Origin: an uncultured Pirellulaceae bacterium
Lineage (GTDB): Bacteria; Planctomycetota; Planctomycetia; Pirellulales; Pirellulaceae
Direction of reading: 5' to 3'
NCBI GenBank assembly: GCA_964458385.1
Contig: CAYWIS010000003.1
Span: 1,202 to 65,201 of the forward strand
Length of the DNA: 64,000 nt
In this document: positions 9,391-15,967 of the stretch, piece after piece
Layout: each line of letters opens with the position of its first letter
How positions within the stretch are numbered: the first letter of the stretch is position 1
Notes under the pieces: model-generated
What the model was told of the DNA's origin: nothing
Databases searched by the model: none
What the model saw: only the letters and a program-made list of their open reading frames with translations
Made by a program: the position numbers and the translations under genes

Positions 9391-9421
9391 ATAAAAAGAG
9401 GGCAAGGGACCGACCTTGCCC
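9391..9421 (-). terminator. intrinsic terminator/attenuator between Pup-like ORF and ligase gene
   Basis: The minus strand reads GGGCAAGG-TCGGTC-CCTTGCCC, a perfect 8-bp GC-rich stem, immediately followed by TCTTTTTATT. It lies 118 nt after the small-ORF stop and 85 nt before the ligase start. Confidence 0.6.
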
Positions 9422-9538
9422 ACACTGCGCCTCGGCGGCATTGCTGGCGACGCCGTCAGCGACGATTCCATGCGGGACGTTGCACGGTCGACATCCTCGT
9501 GGAAACACGCTGCAGCTTCCGCGTTACGAGCAGGTCCG

Positions 9539-9706
9539 CTACTCGCCGCCGTGGGGAGTCACCGATTCGTCGAGATACTGCTGTGGTTCGCGACGGCTAT
9601 CACGCCCAATCTCGGCGAGCAGTTTTTCGACCGGCGCCGCGGCCACGCTTTTCGTTTCCTGAGCGGTCGTGTCCGTCGGGGGCGCAGCGAGCAGTTCGTA
9701 ACTCAT
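9539..9706 (-). CDS. Pup-like small protein (55 aa) with C-terminal GGE
   Basis: Hand-verified translation: MSYELLAAPPTDTTAQETKSVAAAPVEKLLAEIGRDSRREPQQYLDESVTPHGGE-stop, with ATG at 9704..9706. The protein is acidic and low-complexity. The LLAEI...Y....GGE layout recalls Pup (..DDLLDEID...FV..YVQKGGQ). It sits directly upstream of a PafA/Dop homologue on the same strand. Confidence 0.55.
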   Translation of the reverse strand: MSYELLAAPPTDTTAQETKSVAAAPVEKLLAEIGRDSRREPQQYLDESVTPHGGE

Positions 9707-9993
9707 CCTCAAATCTCGCAAAAAAGGAAATTGAAGGGAGGAACACAACACCCCTCACCCCTTGCATCCTACCCCAGGCCCAACTAGCGAGCAAGCGTCG
9801 TGCTTGACTTTCGCCTCAGGATGCGTTTTCCTCTGGGAGCAAATAGAACCACCAGGCCTAGGAGCCAGGAATCATACGTTGAGCGTTAGCGTCAGCCTCG
9901 TTCAACCAGGGTTCGCCCCCAACCTTTCATTTCGTACTCTCCCGTATCTGTTTTCTGACACCCTCTTCCCTACCTTCCATCCGCAGTACTCGT

Positions 9994-10815
9994 ATGCAAC
10001 TTGGACTGATTAACTCGGCGTGGGTGCAGGCGAACCAACCGACGCAGTTCGGCTTGCAGAAGACGAAGGAACTTGGTTTTGACTCAGTCGACATCTTTGT
10101 TGATCCGCTCGATATCGACGTGCGTGAGCGGCGGCTGATTAAAGACGAGTGCGACCGCCTCGAATTGCCAATTGTTTCGATCGCCTGCGTGGCCGTTGGT
10201 CTGATCGACTTTAATCCCTCGGTGCAAAGGTTCCACATTGAACGCGTCAAAAAATATCTGGACCTGGCCTATGAATATCAGGCGAAAAACGTGTTGCTAG
10301 TGCTGGGCGAGTACATCTGGAATAAGGAAGTCATTCCGCCCGAGGAGCAATGGCGAACAGGAGTAGCGAACTGTCGTCAACTTGGCGACTACGCAGCCAA
10401 TTTGGGTCTGAGGATTGCGTTAGAGCTAGAACCGTTTCCTTTATCGCTGGTGAATTCGGTCGAAACGATGGTGCGATTCCTGGACGACTGCAACCACGAA
10501 GCTGTGCGGGCCAATATTGATATTTCGCACCTATTGCTGGCTGGCGTGAAGCCCGAGGAGTTGCGTCTGCTCAAGGGCCGTGCAATTCACGTTCACATTT
10601 CCGACTGCGACGGCAAAAAGCACGGCGACCTGCCGCCTGGGCGCGGCGTCGTTCCCTTTGAGCCGTACTTAAAGGAAATCAAGGACCTGGACATCGACGG
10701 GGCGATATCGATCGAGCTGGAGTACTCCCCCGAACCCGAGAAAATTGTCGAATGGGTCGCAGAAGCTTACCACGAAACCGATCGGCTCATGCAGAAATTC
10801 AACCTCCGCGGGTAA
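9994..10815 (+). CDS. sugar phosphate isomerase/epimerase (xylose isomerase-like TIM barrel)
   Basis: 273-aa ORF with an ATG start. The pattern is typical of the AP_endonuc_2 family (LGFDSVDIF, LRIALELEP, HVHISDCDG..HGDLPPGRG, ISIELEY). Confidence 0.85.
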   Translation: MQLGLINSAWVQANQPTQFGLQKTKELGFDSVDIFVDPLDIDVRERRLIKDECDRLELPIVSIACVAVGLIDFNPSVQRFHIERVKKYLDLAYEYQAKNVLLVLGEYIWNKEVIPPEEQWRTGVANCRQLGDYAANLGLRIALELEPFPLSLVNSVETMVRFLDDCNHEAVRANIDISHLLLAGVKPEELRLLKGRAIHVHISDCDGKKHGDLPPGRGVVPFEPYLKEIKDLDIDGAISIELEYSPEPEKIVEWVAEAYHETDRLMQKFNLRG

Positions 10816-10958
10816 ATCGTCGAAATCTGGTAAGCCTCTTGCTCTCAACGATTCTCTCCCCCATTTCTAGTCGCCACACAACGCGGCTCATTCGCTACGC
10901 CGGCTGGGCTCCTCACCTCCGAACAACTCGCCTTCTTCTAGCGCAACGGATACCATCT

Positions 10959-10975
10959 TGTGAAGCAGCTTCACA
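10959..10975. promoter_or_regulatory. 17-bp perfect palindrome TGTGAAGC-A-GCTTCACA, candidate operator
   Basis: Seen directly in the sequence. It lies in the 336-nt intergenic region about 180 nt upstream of the Gfo/Idh/MocA gene at 11152. The TGTGA/TCACA half-sites are CRP/LacI-like, but the spacing is non-canonical. Confidence 0.3.
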
Positions 10976-11151
10976 GCGCCGAGGAAACTCGGTTCCCGGC
11001 CAGGGCTACGCCGACGCTTAGCGGACGCAAACGGCGACCACAGGTGAAAGACGCACCTGGGCGAGCACAGAGAAAAACGCCAAGGGGTAAAACGCAACGC
11101 TTGCCAGCACCGTAGCACGTCATTTGCAATTCGTACTTCCCACAACCTTTC

Positions 11152-12273
11152 ATGGCTGACTTACCGCTTTCCCTCGACCTTGACTACCTTCCTCACATGC
11201 CGCGCGACCGGTCGGTGGGTATTGGCTGTATTGGAGCGGGCTTTATCATGGCCGACTGTCACCTGGTGGCCTACCGCCAAGTGGGCTTCAATCCGGTAGC
11301 CATTGCCTCGCGCACTCCAGAACGGGCCAAGGAAGTTGCGGCCCGTCATGCGATCCCCAAAGCGTACAACACTTATCATGAGTTGCTGGACGACGAGGCG
11401 GTAGAAGTGGTCGACATTGCCGTGCCGCCCGATGTCCAGCTTGACGTCATTCGCGAGGTGGTACAACGCTCCGGTCGCATTCGCGGTGTGCTGGCGCAAA
11501 AACCACTCGGAGTAGACTATACACAAGCCAAAGAAATCGTGCGGCTATGCCGAGAGGCAGGAATCCAACTAGCCGTCAATCAAAACATGCGCTATGACCA
11601 ATCGGTACGTGCATGCAAAACGTTGCTTAACAAGGGCGTGCTGGGCGAGCCGGTGCTAGCCACGATTGACATGCGGGCCATTCCTCATTGGATGCCGTGG
11701 CAACAGCGGTTGGGTTGGGTGACGCTGCGGATCATGTCGATCCACCATCTCGATACCTTTCGCTATTGGTTTGGCAATCCTGAACGGGTATACGCCAGCA
11801 TCCGGCCCGACCCGCGCACCACAAAGAAGTTTCCGCACCAGGACGGAATCTGTCTGTACATTCTGGAATACGCAAGCGGCTTGCGTTGCTCGGCCTGGGA
11901 CGACGTTTGGGCGGGACCAGCATTGGAAGGGGCGGCGGCTGATAACCGCATACTGTGGCGAGTCGAGGGGACCGAAGGCATCGCGAAGGGATCCGTTGGC
12001 TGGCCGCGCTATCCGGCCCGTGAACCAAGCACCTTAGACTTCACCACCGTGCGGCAGCCGGGCTATTGGCTCCAGCCACGGTGGAGCGAGGTCTGGTTCC
12101 CCGACGCATTCGCCGGTCCTATGGCGCAGCTTTTGTGTGCGTTGGAAGCCAACGAACCTCCCGAGATTAGCGGCGAAGACAACTTGAACACAATGGCTCT
12201 CGTCGAAGCGTGTTATCGTTCGGCCCAAGAGCACCGCGCTGTCGCTCTGGCCGAGATCACCAACGCTGCGTAG
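11152..12273 (+). CDS. Gfo/Idh/MocA family oxidoreductase
   Basis: 373-aa ORF. It has an N-terminal Rossmann motif ([12 protein letters not shown]) and the family-typical LAQKPL block. Confidence 0.85.
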   Translation: MADLPLSLDLDYLPHMPRDRSVGIGCIGAGFIMADCHLVAYRQVGFNPVAIASRTPERAKEVAARHAIPKAYNTYHELLDDEAVEVVDIAVPPDVQLDVIREVVQRSGRIRGVLAQKPLGVDYTQAKEIVRLCREAGIQLAVNQNMRYDQSVRACKTLLNKGVLGEPVLATIDMRAIPHWMPWQQRLGWVTLRIMSIHHLDTFRYWFGNPERVYASIRPDPRTTKKFPHQDGICLYILEYASGLRCSAWDDVWAGPALEGAAADNRILWRVEGTEGIAKGSVGWPRYPAREPSTLDFTTVRQPGYWLQPRWSEVWFPDAFAGPMAQLLCALEANEPPEISGEDNLNTMALVEACYRSAQEHRAVALAEITNAA

Positions 12274-12835
12274 CGAATGGTTCAATTCCCCAGTCCGAAT
12301 TACGGCAAGAGGCTTCACCTTTGTGCTTCGGCCGGGAAAATATGAACTCACCGCTACCTTCACCATTCGTTGCCGTCCACGTTCTTTCTTAGTTCTCAGA
12401 ACCGTCGCAAAGAAGCGACAAGTAACATCGTTGACGTCCACGTGGACGCCGTATGGATGGCCGGCTCGCGGCGACCCGACCGGCGCACTTTGTGCTGCGT
12501 TTTTCAGAAGGCGATCGTTCAATAAACACGGACCCATCCGCGCTCTGTTTGATGGCAATACACACATGTTCTCTGCGGATGGGTTCATCGGATGTTCGAT
12601 CACCAGTGCGGCCCCACACAACTGGACCAAGAGCAGGGGAAGTACTCCCGCCCGAAGGGCACACGAGGACGTTCGTCTGGTGTGATAACGAACGACATCG
12701 CCAAGAGTAAAATAAAAACGCTTTTATGAACGCCTTGCGGTGATGCCAAATTGTGTGTGCAATGCAAAGGCGTCACCAAACAAACGGTCGTTGGATTTTG
12801 TTCTCCAAGCCCCACCTGAGAGAGGGACCGCCCAT

Positions 12836-14482
12836 ATGCTGCGGCGCCGCGATCTCCCGCTTTGCTCCACACCCCCAACGCCTACTTACGCGATGATCGA
12901 GAACCGGAAACTGCGCGCTCCGGCGCGGCATGGGGAGGCGCTGTTCGATCCTCCTTTGGATGCGGCTGCGGAACTGGTGGAGCAGAATATCTCCCGCGCG
13001 CACAACGCGACCGTCGAAATTGCTGGCCGCCGATTAACCGACCTAGCGGCGGAAGCCCGCCGACTTTTGGTGCGCGACGCGCATCAGTACACGACGACGT
13101 ATCGCAATGCACCGGCGCTCTCATACTTAGCTGAAGACCGTTTGCTTCTTGCGGGCCATCAACCCCAATTGTTTCATCCAGGCGTTTGGTTCAAAAACTT
13201 TGCGTTGTCAGCATTGGGACGGCGCCTTGACGCCGTGGCCGTTAATCTAGTGATTGACAACGATGCCGCAGGCCCTCCAGCCTTGCGTGTGCCGGCTGGC
13301 TCGGTGCAAGAGCCCCGCTTGGAATCCATCCCCTTCGATAAGCCGGGGTCGGTGGTCCCTTACGAGGAGCGCAGCGTACTGGATCGGGAAACATTCCGTC
13401 AATTTGCGTCACATGTAAAGGAGACGTTGACTCCTTTCGTGCCGAATCCGCTCGTCACGCGCTTGTGGCCCTATGCCCTAGAGGCGTTGGACCGCACGAA
13501 CAATTTAGGTCAGTCCTTATCTCAGGCAAGGCACCGTCTAGAGGCCGACTTGGACCTGCAAACGTTGGAGTTGCCCCTGAGCCATGTATGCCGTACTCCG
13601 GTGTTTGCGCATTTCGTCGCAGCGCTACTGCAAGATTTGCCGCGGTTTATCGAAATCCACAACCAAGCGCTGTACGAATACCGTCGCACCCATCGCCTCC
13701 GCAGCCGCACCCATCCTGTTCCCAGCTTAGCCTTGGAGGACGAATGGTGCGAAGCGCCGTTCTGGGTTTGGTCGCGCGAAGATCCCACCCGGCGACGTCT
13801 TTTTGTCCGCCGCCCCAACCCACACGAAGTCGAGCTGTCCGATCGCCAGCATTGGTCGTTGCGGCTTCCTCTGCGCAAAACAGGCAACGTGACCGACGCC
13901 GTTAGCAGCCTATTGCGCCTACATGACGCCGGCGTTCGATTGCGGCCACGCGCTTTGATGACAACGCTTTACGCAAGATTATTCCTTGGCGACTTGTTCT
14001 TGCACGGCATCGGCGGCGCGAAGTATGACGAACTAACCGACGCTTTGATTCGCCGCTATTTCGAGCTGACGCCTCCAACGTTCTATGCAGTCACCGCCAC
14101 GGTGCTCCTGCCGGTTGAGCGTCCTGGCGTCACGATTGATGATCTGCGCCGTGTCGAGCAGCAACTGCGCGAGTTGCGTTACCATCCCGAGCAATACGTG
14201 AGCTACTCGCCCGAAGCGGCGCCATATATCGAAGCGAAGCGTCGATGGCTAGCTACTGAACCACCACGGGGGGCGCGCCGAGAGCGTCATTTGGGCATTG
14301 AGCAGGCCAACGCGGCGTTACAACCATTTGTCGAACCTCTGCGTCGACAACTGGAGCAAGAACGAGAAGCATTGCAGCGGGCTCTTCAGAAAGAGCGCTT
14401 GCTTGCCTCGCGCGAGTTCTCGTTCTGCCTCTTTCCCGAAGGTTTCCTTCCGCCGCTTTTTGAGCGTCTTCTGGAGAAGTAG
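12836..14482 (+). CDS. conserved hypothetical protein, possibly distant BshC-like (putative cysteine ligase fold)
   Basis: ORF 12740..14482. The start is placed at the ATG at 12836, which is preceded by GAGAGAGGGA. The motifs LLLAGHQPQLFHPGVWFKNF...NLVIDND (aa ~105) and RLRPRALMTTLY..FLHGIGGAKYDEL (aa ~368) fall at positions comparable to GGQQAGLLTGPLYTIHK...VAGEDHD and TRPLMQE...[10 protein letters not shown] in B. subtilis BshC, as recalled. The overall length is similar and the C-terminus is coiled-coil-like. The CDS itself is solid, but the function is tentative. Confidence 0.6.
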   Translation: MLRRRDLPLCSTPPTPTYAMIENRKLRAPARHGEALFDPPLDAAAELVEQNISRAHNATVEIAGRRLTDLAAEARRLLVRDAHQYTTTYRNAPALSYLAEDRLLLAGHQPQLFHPGVWFKNFALSALGRRLDAVAVNLVIDNDAAGPPALRVPAGSVQEPRLESIPFDKPGSVVPYEERSVLDRETFRQFASHVKETLTPFVPNPLVTRLWPYALEALDRTNNLGQSLSQARHRLEADLDLQTLELPLSHVCRTPVFAHFVAALLQDLPRFIEIHNQALYEYRRTHRLRSRTHPVPSLALEDEWCEAPFWVWSREDPTRRRLFVRRPNPHEVELSDRQHWSLRLPLRKTGNVTDAVSSLLRLHDAGVRLRPRALMTTLYARLFLGDLFLHGIGGAKYDELTDALIRRYFELTPPTFYAVTATVLLPVERPGVTIDDLRRVEQQLRELRYHPEQYVSYSPEAAPYIEAKRRWLATEPPRGARRERHLGIEQANAALQPFVEPLRRQLEQEREALQRALQKERLLASREFSFCLFPEGFLPPLFERLLEK

Positions 14483-14538
14483 CCCACAAAAGGGGCTCCA
14501 CTAAACGAGTGCATGCATGGAGCGATAACAGCAAGCCG

Positions 14539-15771
14539 CTACCGTGAGGCAATTCGGGCGTTGCGACGCCAGAGGTAAAGGGCGCAGCCAGTGGCGATCG
14601 TCGAGATCATGGCCAGCGCTCCGTACTTTTGCCAGTCCTCATTCAGGTACCCGGCCAATGCGGCGCCAATACCGCCTAAGCCAAACGTCAACGTGAAACT
14701 CAGCCCGTAGCTAAAGCTACGGCGTTGGCGCGGCGTGTACTTGGAAATCAAGCTGTTGTAAATGGGCTGGTACATAAAGTGAAACAAGGCGAAAGCCGCG
14801 GCGGCCGCAACGCGACCATAGCCCTCGGCAAACGCCATTGCGGTCAAACAGGGCACATTAAGCAGAGTAACCGCGGTCAATTGCCATTCGAGCCGCGACG
14901 GCCGCGCAATGCTTCCTGCGATATACTGCCCTACGCACCCCACCAACAATACGCTGCTGGTCCAGAAGGCGGCGTGATCCACCTTATCGGTCGGCAACGC
15001 CGCGCGTACATCTACCTCGCTCAGATAGCGCACCAGGAAGCTGAGCGCCCCTGCGTACACCATGCCTTGCAAGACGCCCACTCCCGACAACCCGGCAAAC
15101 GAAATCCAATCCCATCGGTCATCCTGCGATGGTCCCGTGCGAGTCGCGGCGGGCCCAGGCTCGCCATACCGACATAAGTACGCCACAAAAGCTGCCCCCA
15201 GAACCGCGCCGGGAAGTACAAGCATCCAAAAGTAGTCGCGCCACGAAAATCCGACGGAGATTGCCGCCCATGCCAACAGGGGCGCGGCGGCAATGCCGGC
15301 TGACCCGAACACGCCATGCATTCCCAGTGCTCGGCCGCGGGTTTCTGGCGTCGTGACATGGGAGATCAAGGCCAACCCTGCCGGATGGTAAATCGACGCG
15401 GCCGCTCCCATGGCAAGCATTAGTACAAAGAGGACCGCAAGCGGCGCAGCCAATCCCAATAGCAACGAACAAACCGCACATCCGCCGAGGAAAAGAGCCA
15501 GCATCCGCGCTGCACCCAACCGGTCAACCAGCCAGCCAGCCGCTAAGGCCCCGAAGCCCCATGGCAGCCGCCAACAAAAGATCAGCCATCCGGTAACCAC
15601 GGTTGAAACTTGGTAATCCTTCGCGACCAGGGGCTCAACGCTAGGAAAGGAAAGCTCATAGAAATGCGCCATGGCGTGCGCGCAGCAAGTCAATAGAACT
15701 AGCCCCGCCGTCGACGGATACACAGCAGCAGGCGTCGGAGAGGGAATCGTTGTTGGCGTCGTAGCGCTCAT
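14539..15771 (-). CDS. MFS transporter
   Basis: ORF 14539..15831, with the start placed at the ATG at 15771 (MSATTPTT). It has about 12 hydrophobic segments and MFS-like loops (GWLVDRLGAARM, TPETRGRALG). Confidence 0.85.
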   Translation of the reverse strand: MSATTPTTIPSPTPAAVYPSTAGLVLLTCCAHAMAHFYELSFPSVEPLVAKDYQVSTVVTGWLIFCWRLPWGFGALAAGWLVDRLGAARMLALFLGGCAVCSLLLGLAAPLAVLFVLMLAMGAAASIYHPAGLALISHVTTPETRGRALGMHGVFGSAGIAAAPLLAWAAISVGFSWRDYFWMLVLPGAVLGAAFVAYLCRYGEPGPAATRTGPSQDDRWDWISFAGLSGVGVLQGMVYAGALSFLVRYLSEVDVRAALPTDKVDHAAFWTSSVLLVGCVGQYIAGSIARPSRLEWQLTAVTLLNVPCLTAMAFAEGYGRVAAAAAFALFHFMYQPIYNSLISKYTPRQRRSFSYGLSFTLTFGLGGIGAALAGYLNEDWQKYGALAMISTIATGCALYLWRRNARIASR

Positions 15772-15967
15772 GAGGTCGGATTCTCGTTTCCTTTTTCCAT
15801 TAGAGCAGTTATCATGCGCCACGCGGCCCAAGTTTGCTACGCCCCGCTAGAGAAGGCTATGGTTGATAAGCCAGCCTGAACACTTTGCCGCTCCCTCCGT
15901 TTTGCCCTCTTCTGGCAATCGGAACCTTTCCGCCATCCCGGCGATTTCTGAAGCCCTTCGTCAAATC

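Noticed and set aside
9539-9706. Possibility that the small ORF is a UBact-type modifier
   Set aside because: UBact, as I recall it, ends in a basic ..RYRQR[ST]G[EQ] motif. This ORF ends in an acidic ..DESVTPHGGE with a Gly-Gly, so it is Pup-like rather than UBact-like.
9539-9751. Longer 70-aa version of the Pup-like ORF starting at GTG 9751
   Set aside because: The extra 15 residues (MLCSSLQFPFLRDLR) are hydrophobic/aromatic and unlike the disordered N-terminus of Pup-type proteins. An ATG at 9706 gives a 55-aa product of typical size. The shorter form was preferred but is not proven.
12433-12450. CACGTG-centred near-palindrome as a specific known operator
   Set aside because: I could not assign it to a known regulator family from memory. 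It is reported only as a structural observation within the spacer finding.
12034-12630. 198-aa minus-strand ORF
   Set aside because: Its first 240 nt are antisense to the well-supported Gfo/Idh/MocA CDS. The remainder has no recognisable motif and an irregular composition.
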